Shown here: piece by piece, positions 40,538-51,387 of the stretch
Layout of the letters: every line of letters starts with the position of its first letter
How positions within the stretch are numbered: position 1 is the first letter of the stretch
Origin: Candidatus Marinacidobacterales bacterium
GTDB lineage: Bacteria > Acidobacteriota > Vicinamibacteria > Marinacidobacterales > DATDRI01
Assembly (NCBI GenBank): GCA_965219415.1
Contig: CBDCNP010000002.1
Location: forward strand, 544,001 to 608,000
Direction of reading: 5' to 3'
Length of the DNA: 64,000 nt
Notes under the pieces: model-generated
What the model was told of the DNA's origin: nothing
Databases searched by the model: none
The model's input: only the letters and a program-made list of their open reading frames with translations
Translations under genes and position numbers: made by a program

Positions 40538-43114
40538 ATGAGCCTCGGCTTCACCCACTATTGGCCCCTCCTGTTTATGCTGGCGGTCCCCTTCGTGTGG
40601 TGGATCCGGGTCCGCACCGCAACCGGGCTTACCCCTAGGCATCTGAGGCTTTCCGCTTTCGCGCGCTCCGCGGTCATCGTGCTTCTGGCGCTCGCGATCA
40701 TGCGCCCGGTTTGGAATCGCTCCGGCGGGTGGACATCGGTGGTCTACGTGCTCGACGTTTCTCGCAGCGTCTCCCCCGCCTTCGTGGATTCCGCAATTCG
40801 ATGGATGGCTCGGGCGACCGAAGAGGGCTCGCCATTGCATGCGCGCTATGTGGTCTTCGCGAAGGAGCCGGTCGTCGTAGAACAGCCGGAGGAAATCCGA
40901 TCGCTTTCCGTGTCCACTGGCGAGCCGAGCGCTTCCCAGAGAACTCAAATCATCCAAAGTTCCACCAACATCGAGAAAGCGCTCGGGCGGGCACTTCAAA
41001 ACTTCGCGCCGCATACCCTCAAGCGCTTGCTACTGCTTACCGATGGTAACGAGACCACGGGGGATCTGACGAAGGCTCTGTGGCTCGTCAAAGAAGAAGG
41101 TGTACGCGTGTTTGCCATGCCCGCCGCGGTGCGAGCTGACAAGGATTCCTGGATCGAGGCGATCGACGCACCAGAGGAAGTGAGAGCCGACGAACCCGTA
41201 GAAGTCGAAATACAAGTATTCAGTCGGGTGATCGACGAGAGGCCGATCGAGCTGCGCCGCTCCGGCATGCTCATCGCCGAGCGCGGCCTAGAATTGAAGC
41301 CCGGTGCAAACCGCAGCACCTTCGAGGTTCGTTTTCCCGAACAAGGCCTGGTAACCCTTCAGGCGAGCATCGGAGTGGACGGAAACACTTTCCCGGAGAA
41401 TGACAACTATTCGAAGTCGGTTTGGGTGGATGACCCGGCGCGGATCCTCTATGTGGAGGGCCACACCGCCAGCTCGCACTACCTCGAAAGAGCCCTTGCG
41501 GATGCGGGTATCGAAGTGGACACGGTTCCCCCGAGCGCCCTTTCCGGAAAGTCGAGCTCTCTAACCGACTACGACGCCATCATCCTTAGCGACCTACCGC
41601 CTCAAAGTCTCAGTGACGACCTGATGCATGCTATCGAGAGTTACGTCCGTGATGAGGGCGGCGGGCTCGTATTCGCGGGTGGCGAGTCCAGCTACGGTAA
41701 GGAAGGCTATTCCGGATCGCCGATCGAAACGGTCTTGCCAATCTGGTTTCGCGTCCAAGAAAAACGAAAGGATCTTGCACTCGTCATCACACTCGACAAG
41801 TCCTACAGCATGAGCGGGGACAAGATGGAGTTAGCCAAGGAGGCGACCTTGGCAGCCCTCAATCTCCTTCAAGATACGCACCGTTTCGGCTTGGTGACTT
41901 TCAACTGGGATCCCTACGTGACGGTTCCACTCCAACTGGCGGAAAACCGTGCTGAGATTCGCGACGAGATCCGTCGCGTTCAGGCGAGCGCTCAAACGAA
42001 TATTTTTCCCGCCTTGAGAAGCTCTTTCCGCCAACTGACCAGCACCGATGCCAAGGTCAAGCACATCATTCTCTTATCCGACGGCAAGACTTACCCCGAC
42101 GACTACCAAGGGCTCGTCGCCCGGATGGTGGAAGCCGACGTCACCATCTCGACGGTGGCGGTCGGTGAAGAAGCGGATCGTGATCTGCTTGCGCAAATTG
42201 CAGAATGGGGAAGAGGCCGAACTTATTACATCGAGGACGCCGCGCGCGTTCCACAGATCTTCATCGAGGAAACCCAGATAGCGGTCCAGGCGACGTTGGT
42301 CGAGGAGCCATTTCAACCGATCTTGAGCCGACCCATCGAGGCATTGATGGGAATCGATTTCTCAACCGCTCCCCCTCTGCGAGGCTATGTGAGTACTCAG
42401 CCGAAAGACACCGCCGAGGTCATACTCGAATCCGATTCCGGAGCGCCGATCTTGGCGCGCTGGCAATACGGGCTGGGCAAAACCGCCGCCTTCACCTCCG
42501 ACGTCAAAAACCGCTGGGGCGTCGAGTGGCTAAGTTGGCCGGGGTACGGGAAATTCTGGTCTCAGCTCGTTCGGGAAACGCTGAGAAATCCGCCGCCGCC
42601 GGAACTCGAGTTTCAGTTGCGGCGCGAAGGCGAAGAGGCGTTGATCAGCCTGACCGCCGTCAACGAAGAGGGTCGCTATATCGACGAGCTCGATCCAGAG
42701 TTCGAGATCGCCTACCCAAAGGGCGAGCAAGAACGCATGTCGCTGGCTCAGGTGGGGCCCGGCGCCTATCAAGCTCGAGTGCCCCTGGCGGCTTGGTCCG
42801 AATCCGCCTACATCTTTAATGTAACGGAGCCCGCCACCGAGGCGAGTCGGGCGCTGCACTACGAATACCCCGACGAATACCGCTTCTACCCGCCTCGCGT
42901 CGAGCTGTTGCGCACGGTCAGCGAGGAGACGGGGGGAAAACTCAATCCTGAAATCGAGGAGATCTTCGCAGACTACGGCGAGACGGTTTCCCGACCCGTG
43001 GAGCTGTGGCCGCTTCTCGCCATGCTCGCCCTCGCCGTCTACCTACTCGACATTGCTATCCGCCGGGCGCCGTGGGTTTGGGAGAGGCTGGAGACGAGTG
43101 CTAGGCCTAGTTAG
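40538..43114 (+). CDS. Membrane protein with two VWA domains and a class I glutamine amidotransferase-like domain
   Basis: VLDVSRSV...TNIEKAL...LTDGNE; DYDAIILSD...GGGLVFAGG; LDKSYSM...LLSDGK; PILARWQYGLGK. Confidence 0.88.
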   Translation: MSLGFTHYWPLLFMLAVPFVWWIRVRTATGLTPRHLRLSAFARSAVIVLLALAIMRPVWNRSGGWTSVVYVLDVSRSVSPAFVDSAIRWMARATEEGSPLHARYVVFAKEPVVVEQPEEIRSLSVSTGEPSASQRTQIIQSSTNIEKALGRALQNFAPHTLKRLLLLTDGNETTGDLTKALWLVKEEGVRVFAMPAAVRADKDSWIEAIDAPEEVRADEPVEVEIQVFSRVIDERPIELRRSGMLIAERGLELKPGANRSTFEVRFPEQGLVTLQASIGVDGNTFPENDNYSKSVWVDDPARILYVEGHTASSHYLERALADAGIEVDTVPPSALSGKSSSLTDYDAIILSDLPPQSLSDDLMHAIESYVRDEGGGLVFAGGESSYGKEGYSGSPIETVLPIWFRVQEKRKDLALVITLDKSYSMSGDKMELAKEATLAALNLLQDTHRFGLVTFNWDPYVTVPLQLAENRAEIRDEIRRVQASAQTNIFPALRSSFRQLTSTDAKVKHIILLSDGKTYPDDYQGLVARMVEADVTISTVAVGEEADRDLLAQIAEWGRGRTYYIEDAARVPQIFIEETQIAVQATLVEEPFQPILSRPIEALMGIDFSTAPPLRGYVSTQPKDTAEVILESDSGAPILARWQYGLGKTAAFTSDVKNRWGVEWLSWPGYGKFWSQLVRETLRNPPPPELEFQLRREGEEALISLTAVNEEGRYIDELDPEFEIAYPKGEQERMSLAQVGPGAYQARVPLAAWSESAYIFNVTEPATEASRALHYEYPDEYRFYPPRVELLRTVSEETGGKLNPEIEEIFADYGETVSRPVELWPLLAMLALAVYLLDIAIRRAPWVWERLETSARPS

Positions 43115-43225
43115 TGCGCGATGAAAACATACCTACATTGTCGTAACCTGAAGACACAAGGGCCGTTGCAAGGTCCGGCGTCCTGATGGTAGCCTTGACG
43201 CTCGGTTAGGTTGGAAAATTACTCG

Positions 43226-43309
43226 ATGGCCCTTCCGGCCCACACGCGAATCATCGTCGTGACGAACTGGTTCGAAGAGTTGAAGCGCCGCGCACCAACA
43301 GAAGACTGA
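43226..43309 (+). pseudogene. Orphan C-terminal remnant of a Ser/Thr kinase-TolB/WD40 type protein
   Basis: RIIVVTNWFEELKRRAP* is the characteristic last motif of acidobacterial kinase-propeller proteins. Confidence 0.55.
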
Positions 43310-43327
43310 GGGGCTTGACGATACAGT

Positions 43328-44710
43328 GTGGAAAGCGATAGACCAAAGTCCGGGGGAAAATTAGTGTCAACACAAAAACTGAGCGCGGTCGTCCTTTTTG
43401 TGGGTGTTTCCTGTATCGCTTCCTGGGCGGTCGAGCCTCCAGCCGACGCCGAAAAATACTGGGGGCAGTGGCGAGGTCCCTCGGCCACGGGCGTCTCATC
43501 GAATGGCAACCCGCCGCTCGAGTGGAGCGAGACCAAGAACGTCCGTTGGAAGATCGAGATCCCCGGCAAGGGATACGGAACGCCTGTCGTTTGGGGAGAT
43601 CGGATCTTCCTTCTAACCGCCGTACCCTCCGGAGAGCAAGCCGTGCCACCGCCGGAACCCGAACCCCAAGAGGGTGGCGAGCGCAGGAGAAGACCGAAGA
43701 TCACGCCCTCGAAGCAGAAGTTCGTCGTCATGGCGATCGATCGCCGAGACGGCTCCGTGCTCTGGGAAAAAACGGCCCGCGAAGCGCTTCCCCACGACGG
43801 CACCCATCCCGACGGAAGTTGGGCCTCCGCATCTGCGATCACCGATGGCCAGCACGTCTACGCCTACTTCGGTTCGCACGGGCTCTACTGCTTCGACATG
43901 AAGGGCAATCTAGTTTGGGAAGTCGATCTCGGCGACATGAAGACGCGGCGAGGATTCGGCGAAGGTAGCTCGCCGGTGCTCCATGGCGACAAGCTGGTGG
44001 TGAACTGGGACCACGAAGAACAATCCTTCATTGTTGCGCTCGACAAGACCACCGGAAAAGAGCTTTGGAGAACGAACCGCGACGAGATTACATCCTGGTC
44101 TTCACCACTGATCGCCGAGCACGACGGCAAGGCGCAGGTCATCACCAGCGCGACCAACCGCATCCGCAGCTATGATCTCGAGACCGGGAAGCAGATTTGG
44201 GACGCGAGTGGGATGACCGTCAACACGATCCCGACGCCGGTCGCCGGCGACGGCATGGTGTATGCGACAAGTGGCTTCCGCGGCAGTGCGCTGCTTGCCA
44301 TCAACCTGGCCGACGCCAAGGGAGACATCGACGGGTCGGGAGCCATCGCTTGGAAATACGACCGAGACACACCCTATGTGCCGTCACCCCTCCTCTACAA
44401 AGACACTATTTACTTCTTCAAGGTGAACTCGGGGATTCTTTCTTGCTTCGACGCGAAGACCGGAGAGCCGTACTACGGCCCGCAGCGTTTGGGAGACGTG
44501 GTGAACGTCTACGCGTCGCCAGTGGCAGCCCAAGACCGCGTTTACATCGCCGGTCGAGGGGGTACGACCTTGGTCATTCGACACGGGCCCAAGTTCGAAG
44601 TGCTGGCCACCAACGATTTGGACGACAGCATCGACGCGTCACCGGCGATCGTCGGCGACACGATTTATATTCGGGGCCACAGGAACCTCTACGCCATCGC
44701 CGAGCAGTAG
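43328..44710 (+). CDS. PQQ-binding-like (BamB-type) beta-propeller protein
   Basis: WGQWRGP, WSETKNVRWKIEIPGKG, FGEGSSPV, SWSSP, YVPSP, DASPAI. Start may be the GTG at 43364. Confidence 0.9.
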   Translation: MESDRPKSGGKLVSTQKLSAVVLFVGVSCIASWAVEPPADAEKYWGQWRGPSATGVSSNGNPPLEWSETKNVRWKIEIPGKGYGTPVVWGDRIFLLTAVPSGEQAVPPPEPEPQEGGERRRRPKITPSKQKFVVMAIDRRDGSVLWEKTAREALPHDGTHPDGSWASASAITDGQHVYAYFGSHGLYCFDMKGNLVWEVDLGDMKTRRGFGEGSSPVLHGDKLVVNWDHEEQSFIVALDKTTGKELWRTNRDEITSWSSPLIAEHDGKAQVITSATNRIRSYDLETGKQIWDASGMTVNTIPTPVAGDGMVYATSGFRGSALLAINLADAKGDIDGSGAIAWKYDRDTPYVPSPLLYKDTIYFFKVNSGILSCFDAKTGEPYYGPQRLGDVVNVYASPVAAQDRVYIAGRGGTTLVIRHGPKFEVLATNDLDDSIDASPAIVGDTIYIRGHRNLYAIAEQ

Positions 44711-44838
44711 CCGCCCAGCATAAAACGCGTGGTCGTTGGATCACGTGATCCATCCCGTGGGAGAAAGATTCCTGTAACACACTGTTAGTGAGGGGCTTAA
44801 CCGACCATTCCTTCGGCCGGGTTCGGCGGTAGCCTTGA

Positions 44839-44867
44839 TTGACAGACTTCTTTATTTCTTGTATTCT
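44839..44867 (+). promoter_or_regulatory. Sigma70 promoter of the mazEF-like operon
   Basis: TTGACA-N17-TATTCT. Confidence 0.7.
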
Positions 44868-44897
44868 TTACTTAGTGGAAAAATGGAGGCCGTCCCC

Positions 44898-45122
44898 ATG
44901 GAAATCAGCAAAGTGTCATCCAAGGGTCAAGTCACTCTTCCCAAGAAGATCCGGGAGAGCCTTGGGCTCGGCCCCGGAGATCTGATCGCATATGAGTTGG
45001 ACAACGGGGTCGTCTCGATTCGCCGATTGGACTCGTTCGATGCACCGTTTCACTCAGCACTCTCCGCCACGTTAGACGAGTGGAACACGCCCGAGGACGA
45101 CGAGGCGTTTCGTGATTTGTGA
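44898..45122 (+). CDS. AbrB/MazE/SpoVT family antitoxin
   Basis: SKVSSKGQVTLPKKIRESLGLGPGD; acidic tail EWNTPEDDEAFRDL. Confidence 0.88.
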   Translation: MEISKVSSKGQVTLPKKIRESLGLGPGDLIAYELDNGVVSIRRLDSFDAPFHSALSATLDEWNTPEDDEAFRDL

Positions 45123-45441
45123 ACCTTGGGACGTAGTCGTCGTCCCCTTCCCATTTGTCAGGAGATCGGGGACCAAGCGAAGGCCGGCCTTAGTTCTCAG
45201 CAAGACGAGTTTCAACGAGGGCGGAAACACCGTTCTCGCGATGGTAACAACCCGGGCTCACCAGCCGTGGCCTGGCGATACGCCGATTGTGAGGCTCGAT
45301 GCAGCGGGTCTGGATGTGTCGTGCATCGTCCGGCTCAAGTTATTCACGCTCGACACCCGCTTGATCGTGCGGCGGATCGGACACCTGTCAGCGGTCGACA
45401 GTGAAAAGACTGCCGAACAGCTTCACCTACATGTAGGTTGA
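45112..45441 (+). CDS. PemK/MazF family toxin
   Basis: DVVVVPFPF...KRRPALVLS...AMVTT...AGL...IVRRIGHL; overlaps the antitoxin. Confidence 0.9.
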   Translation: MICEPWDVVVVPFPFVRRSGTKRRPALVLSKTSFNEGGNTVLAMVTTRAHQPWPGDTPIVRLDAAGLDVSCIVRLKLFTLDTRLIVRRIGHLSAVDSEKTAEQLHLHVG

Positions 45442-45472
45442 GCTCCGGATCCGCGGCGAGGATTGAAGCGGT

Positions 45473-48366
45473 TCAGCTCACCGGACCCAGGTAACGGTCG
45501 AGCCAGTCGAGGGTTTCTTTGATGAGCTCCGTGCGGGGTACGGAGTGCCCCTTATCATAGACGAACATCTTCTTGTGCTCTGGTGGCGTTCCCAGGAGCT
45601 CGAAGAATGGTTTCTGAGACGTCTCCGCGGGGAAGAAAAAGTCGTAACGTCCGTTGAGCATTAGCACCGGCAGCGTTATGCGCGGAACGAAATTGATTTG
45701 GTCCACCTCAGGCTGGGCTCTTTGAAAAAGGAATCCTCCGACGAGTAAGACACCGGCATCGAACCGCTCTTCCACCGCAAGCATGACTGCTCCTAAGTAG
45801 CCCCCCCAACTAGCACCAAAAAAAGCTAGCTTGTCGGCATCGATATCGTCGCGGGTCTCGAGATAGTCGATCGACCGAGGTCTTTCGCCCACATGATGAC
45901 GTGTTCTTTGAAAAAGTTGGTCTCGTCAGGGTAGTCGGAGTCCAAGCCGTCTCCTCGTTCATAGGTGCTCTTATAGATCGGCCACATGAGCGCGCGGCCA
46001 CTCTTGAGGAAAAAATCAATCCTCTGCGACCGCAGAGGCAGAGACTCACTGGACCTCGAATGAATGGCGCCTGAGCCGGGAAAATAAACCACGGTTTGGT
46101 ACGGCGGTGCCCCACGTTTCGGTAAGAAGAGGTAGGCAAACATCCGCTCGTTCCCGTAGGCCGTGTCCAACGCTATCTTCTGTTTGACCCAGTGCTCGGC
46201 GCTGTCGTCTTCCAACTCGACTTCGGCGTTGAGATCCGTCTTGTCGTAAGAATACAGTCTTTTGTAAATCTCGAAGGCTTCGTCTGAAACTGGCTCCTCG
46301 GCTCGATAATCCCGGAAAGGAACGTCTACGAGGGCGTTGAGAGCAGGCAGATTCTCGGGCCGTTCGAGGTATCTCATGCAGCGGAAGCCGTTCACCGGAG
46401 AACGATCCGTCGGTTCCTGCGTATACCCGTCGTTGAACGTGTAGTACTCGTCGTTCCATCCACCACCCAAGATAAATCTCTCACCCCGACCACTTTCGTT
46501 TAAGCACCACTCCCGCACGTTGCCGGCCATATCGAACGAGCCGTAAGGACTCATGCCACGATGACTCCCCACCGGGGCTGGACCACGACCAAAATTGCTC
46601 AGAGGGATGATCGCATCACTCATCCACGTTCCCGCAGCTTTGTTCCAGTGATAGATCGTGGGGAGAACCTTGCCCGCATACTCCGCATAGGCTGCAGCCT
46701 CATACCAACTCACACCTGTCACGGGGTGGTCACCTTCTCCCTGTCGGTAGTCTCCTGCTTCCCAGGTAGAGGGTCCCGGCCTCCCCGTCGCATCAACCAG
46801 ATCTGCCATGGCTTTTTCCCAAGGGAGCTGGCGACCGTTTTTGTTGAACTCATGACTCCAATATTCCCGTTTCTGGTAACCACCGGCGTCGACGAATTCT
46901 TTGAATTGGCGATTGGTGACCTCATATCTGTCGATCCAATAGTCGCCTAGCTCTCCAGGGTCCAAGTGCTCGAAGCCAGGCATAAACAGGGGAATCGCAC
47001 CTGTGGCTCGAACCATCCCGGAGGCAACGGAGTCTTCTTTGTCCAGGGTAATGTCCAGGTCCCCCATCTCGTGCACCCAGGCACCTTGTACCGTGGCAAA
47101 TCCTTCTTTGAGTATTTTGAACTCAGACGTGTCACGTGGCAGCGCCAGTCGGTCGATGGGCGTTTTACCAACGTGTTCCAGCTCCGCCCGGTAGGCGCCT
47201 ATGTGCACATCCGCGTCCGCCGGAGTGGTTTGAACGGAAATCTCCACCGCGAATTTCGGCCACAGCGAGTTGAGCAGAGGGTCGTCCGGAATAGATGCGC
47301 GCGCCCGTCGCGCGATTTCGAAGGCGCCACGATAATCTCCCTCCTCAGTGAGTCGCATGATCTCAGGCAACCCCTGCTCTCTCGCCCATCGCACCTTGCT
47401 GGTCGCCTGAAGAAACCAAATCGCTCCCACCGCCGGGGCGAAAATGAGTAAGAACGCCAGAAGGAACTTCCACCGGCCTTTCTTCTTGGGAGGCTCAACA
47501 TCTTCGACGGCGCGCAGTTCGGTCGTCGTCTCCTCCGACAGCGCTTCGATGGCGTTACCGACGTCGAGGGCCGTCTGAAGCCTTTCGTCGGGATTTTTCT
47601 TCAGACACCAATCAACGACTTGCTCGAGGCTCGGGGGAAGATTGCCTTTTTTCCTCAAAAGCGGGAGTGGATCGTCCTTGAGGATGGCCGACATGACGAC
47701 GCCGGCGGACTCCCCCCCGAAGGCCCTCTCGCCAGTGAGCATTTCAAAGAGGATGGCGCCGAAGGAGAACACATCCGATCGTTGCTCGGCGGATTGGCCG
47801 CGTACCTGCTCGGGAGACATGTACCCGACGGTTCCCATGATGGTTCCGGGTTCGGTGGCGCGCGTCCTCGTTGCTGAGTCTTCCCCACCTCCCTCTTCGG
47901 CTTGTTTGGCGAGCCCGAAGTCGAGGACCTTGACCTTGCCGTCTTTGGTAATAAATAGGTTCTCGGGCTTCAGGTCGCGATGCACGATGCCGCTGGCATG
48001 GGCCGCGGCCAACCCATCCACGATTTGCCGTGCGTAGCCGATCGCTTCGACCGGCGACATAGAGCCCTCTTCGAGTCGGTCTCGAAGCGTCTTACCTTCG
48101 AGAAGCTCCGTGACGGCGAAGATCACGCCTTGATCCTCACCGAAATCATGAATGGCAAGGACGTTGGGATGGGACAGAGCCGCGACGGCTCTTGCTTCGC
48201 GCTCGAAACGCTCGCGGCGCTCCGGTGAATCAGCCACGTCGGGGGGGAGTATTTTGAGGGCTACTTTACGGGCGAGCTTGGTGTCCTGGGCAACGAAGAC
48301 TTCTCCCATCCCTCCACTGCCAAGCTTCTCCAGAACCTTGTAGCGGCCGAGCGTTTTGCCAACCAC
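45473..48366 (-). CDS. Ser/Thr protein kinase-TM-SUMF1/FGE-like-alpha/beta hydrolase fusion; frameshift near 45880
   Basis: LGSGGMGEV, HRDLKPEN, DFGLA, YMSPEQ; TM helix; YEVTNRQF, PVTGVSWYEA, DMAGNVREW, GFRC; GASWGG, RYDF, KGH. Confidence 0.9.
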
Positions 48367-48509
48367 GAGTGCCTCCCGAGCGGATGACGGCGACCAGAAG
48401 ACGGTCGCAGCGCGACGGCGCCAATTATACAGCCGGGCCGCACGCAAGCGTACTGGCGTCTGGCTGCTTAACAAAAAGCGGCTGAAATCGTTTCCTTTCT
48501 ATCCGCGAG

Positions 48510-48860
48510 ATGCCGCAAAGCGCACGCAAGCAGAGTGCCTGGAAAGAGGTCTACACCATCGTTCGACGTATCCCCCGAGGACGGGTGATGAACTAACGGT
48601 CAGATCGCGCAACTTCTCCATCGGCCGCTGTCCGCACGTGCGGTCGGCTGGGCGATGCGACAATGTCCCGACGGCCTGCCCTGGCACCGTGTGGTGAACG
48701 CTTCCGGAGGCTGCTCCACCGATCCGATCACCTACCGGACCACCCCCCCGGCCTTCAACGCGCCCTCTTGGAAGCAGAAGGCGTGCGTTTCCGCCGAGAC
48801 AGCACCCTCGACCTCTCCCATTACCGCTGGTCACCCAGAAAACGACGCGCCGCCAACTAG
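48510..48860 (+). pseudogene. Alkyltransferase-like (ATL/YbaZ, MGMT family) gene, frameshifted
   Basis: VRRIPRGRVM, ARAVGWAM, LPWHRVVN, QRALLEAEGV across frames. Confidence 0.82.
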
Positions 48861-48918
48861 ACGCGTCGGAAGGCGGCGTGGTATAAGCCAACCAGCCAGT
48901 AACGAAGGAAGGGAACCA

Positions 48919-51387
48919 ATGACGAAGCGGCTTTTTCTCTTCGTGCTTGTCTCCATTCCACTTTTCGTCGTGACGTCCTTTGCGCAAGACACCGGTCGCA
49001 TCGCTGGACGCGTCGCCCGCGAAGACGGAACCGGTGTAGGAGGGGTCACCGTTGTCATCAACGAGATTTCGATGGCCGACATCACGGACCAGGGAAGTTC
49101 CTTCGTCTTCGACAACGTGCCGGTAGGAACGTACTCGATCACGTTCATCTTGGGAGAAAGCTCCGACTCGGAGTCCGGCATCGAGGTAACGGCTGGCATG
49201 TCGGCAACCATCGAAAAAGCGGTCGACTGGGAGATCGGTTTCGTCGAGACTATGACCGTGACTTCGGCTTCCTTGCAAAGGGAGCGGATCGTAGAAGCGC
49301 CAGCCGCCATAAGTGTCGTCACCGAAGCACAGATCGCCAGTCGAGCCGCCTTCGGTCAGGTTCCAAAACTGGTGGAGTTCACGCCGGGCGCCAATGTGAC
49401 GCAGAGCGGACTCTACGATTTCAACGTCAACACCCGCGGTTTCAATAGCTCTTTGAACCGCCGCGTGGCCACACTAATAGACGGCCGAAATCCCGCCGTG
49501 CCGTTTCTGGGCGCCCAAGAATGGGCCGCCATTTCGTTCCCAGTAGACGATCTAGCCAGCGTCGAATTGCTGCGCGGCCCGAGCGCCGCCCTTTACGGCG
49601 CGAACGCATCCAGCGGTGTCTTGAACCTGACCTCGAAAGCTCCCCGGCAATCCCAGGGTGGCCAGGTTCGGTTCACCGTCGGAGAGATCGATACCGTTAA
49701 TCTCGACTTCCGCTGGGCCGGGGGCCTGGGCAACGATTGGTACATGAAGGCCGTCGCCGGGATGCGGAGAACGGGAGACTTCACGGTTTCGCGGACCTTC
49801 AACCCGGCCGATCCACTCGGCTCGGTCGAGTACGCTGTACCGTGTCTCGCACCGGGCCAAATCGATTGTCTACCTTTGGAGCGCGCGCCGCTCAACCCGT
49901 TGGACGACGACGAGATCTATTTCGGTGGGATCCGTTTCGACAAGTATCTTCGTAGCGGCAGCTTCTTCACTCTCGAAGGAGGCATGGCCAGTGTCAAGGG
50001 GCCGGTCTTTCAAACCGGACTCGGTCGCGTTCAATTGGGAGGGTCGGTCGATGGAGACGCTTCGTCGGTCAAACGCCCATGGGCGCGATTCAATTTCACT
50101 GCTCCACGGTGGAATTTCCTTTTTTATTACACCGGCCGTGATGCCCCGAACCAGTTGAACCTCCGCCCCGGCAATAATTTCGCGCTCGACACTTTCAATC
50201 TGCAGTTCGAAGGCCAATACAACTGGAGCTTTGCCCAAGACAAAGTCAGAGTCGTTTTGGGAGGCGCCTATGGACATGAAGACATCAACAGCGCCGACCC
50301 TGACAGCGGAAGACAAACCCTCATGTTCGAGCCGGTCACCGCCGATCGTGGAGCGGTTTTTGGCCAGGCGGACTGGAATATCACGGATCGGGTCAAGGTC
50401 ATCTTCGCGGGCCGGTTCGACGACAGCACCTTGTACGATGCCCAGTTCTCGCCCAAGGCGGCCGTCGTTTACAACTTCGATCCCAATCACACGATCCGCT
50501 TTACCTACAACCGGGCCTTCCAGGTGGCCAATTACTCCGAGTTTTACTTACAGGGGGACGTTGCGGCGCCGGCAGACCTGAGCGGTCTCGAGGCCTTCTG
50601 CACACCTTTCGGTGTGAACTGCGGTTTCACCAATCCGACTCGCGTGCTCGCCCTCGGCAACGAAAGCCTCGCGGTCGAGGAGATCCAAACCTTCGAGGTC
50701 GGCTATGCGGGGATCATCCAGCAGAAGGCCTTCTTCACCATCGACTACTACAACAGCCAGGCAAACGATTTCATTACCGACCTGTTGCCTCAGCTCGGAA
50801 GTTTCCCCGGCCAGCGAACCAATCCCAACTTCGGTCCGTGGGAGCCTCCCGGGGCACTGCCCCCACCGGTCGTGACCGCCATCCGTGGCCTGGCTCCTCC
50901 TATACTCTCGAACAACCTCGACGGCTCGAACATCCTGGCGGCCGTGTCCTACACGAATTTCGGTGAGGTGGACACCCAGGGCATCGAGATCGGTCTGAAC
51001 TACTACTTCGTGGATCCGTGGAGGTTTACGTTCGCCTACTCGTGGTTCGATTTCGACTCCAAGGAGAATCCGGCGTTCGACCGTCTGCTTGCGCCCAACT
51101 CACCGGAACACACTGTACGAACCGGACTCGGTTACGTCACCGACCGCTGGGACGCTGACTTCGGCGTCCGATGGGTTGACGATTTCTTATGGGCGGTGGG
51201 AGTCTTCCAAGGACCGGTGGAGTCTTACACGACCGTCGACGTGAGCGCTAACTTCCGCATCGTAGAGCACTGGAAGGTCGGAACCAATATCTCGAACTTG
51301 TTCGACAGCGTGCACTATGAGGCGTTCGGGGGAGACCTCCTGGGGCGGAGGGCGCTGGTTTATGTAGCGGTCGACTGGAAGAACTAG
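48919..51387 (+). CDS. TonB-dependent receptor with N-terminal carboxypeptidase-regulatory-like domain
   Basis: Signal peptide; TGRIAGRV; ETMTVTS; APAAISVV; NTRGFN; VELLRGPSAALYGANASSGVLN; NLFD; aromatic C-terminal strand. Confidence 0.92.
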   Translation: MTKRLFLFVLVSIPLFVVTSFAQDTGRIAGRVAREDGTGVGGVTVVINEISMADITDQGSSFVFDNVPVGTYSITFILGESSDSESGIEVTAGMSATIEKAVDWEIGFVETMTVTSASLQRERIVEAPAAISVVTEAQIASRAAFGQVPKLVEFTPGANVTQSGLYDFNVNTRGFNSSLNRRVATLIDGRNPAVPFLGAQEWAAISFPVDDLASVELLRGPSAALYGANASSGVLNLTSKAPRQSQGGQVRFTVGEIDTVNLDFRWAGGLGNDWYMKAVAGMRRTGDFTVSRTFNPADPLGSVEYAVPCLAPGQIDCLPLERAPLNPLDDDEIYFGGIRFDKYLRSGSFFTLEGGMASVKGPVFQTGLGRVQLGGSVDGDASSVKRPWARFNFTAPRWNFLFYYTGRDAPNQLNLRPGNNFALDTFNLQFEGQYNWSFAQDKVRVVLGGAYGHEDINSADPDSGRQTLMFEPVTADRGAVFGQADWNITDRVKVIFAGRFDDSTLYDAQFSPKAAVVYNFDPNHTIRFTYNRAFQVANYSEFYLQGDVAAPADLSGLEAFCTPFGVNCGFTNPTRVLALGNESLAVEEIQTFEVGYAGIIQQKAFFTIDYYNSQANDFITDLLPQLGSFPGQRTNPNFGPWEPPGALPPPVVTAIRGLAPPILSNNLDGSNILAAVSYTNFGEVDTQGIEIGLNYYFVDPWRFTFAYSWFDFDSKENPAFDRLLAPNSPEHTVRTGLGYVTDRWDADFGVRWVDDFLWAVGVFQGPVESYTTVDVSANFRIVEHWKVGTNISNLFDSVHYEAFGGDLLGRRALVYVAVDWKN

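Noticed and set aside
48655-48918. Apparent ATL-TonB receptor fusion in the 910-aa ORF
   Set aside because: It arises from frameshifts in the upstream ATL gene; the receptor has its own RBS, ATG (48919) and signal peptide.
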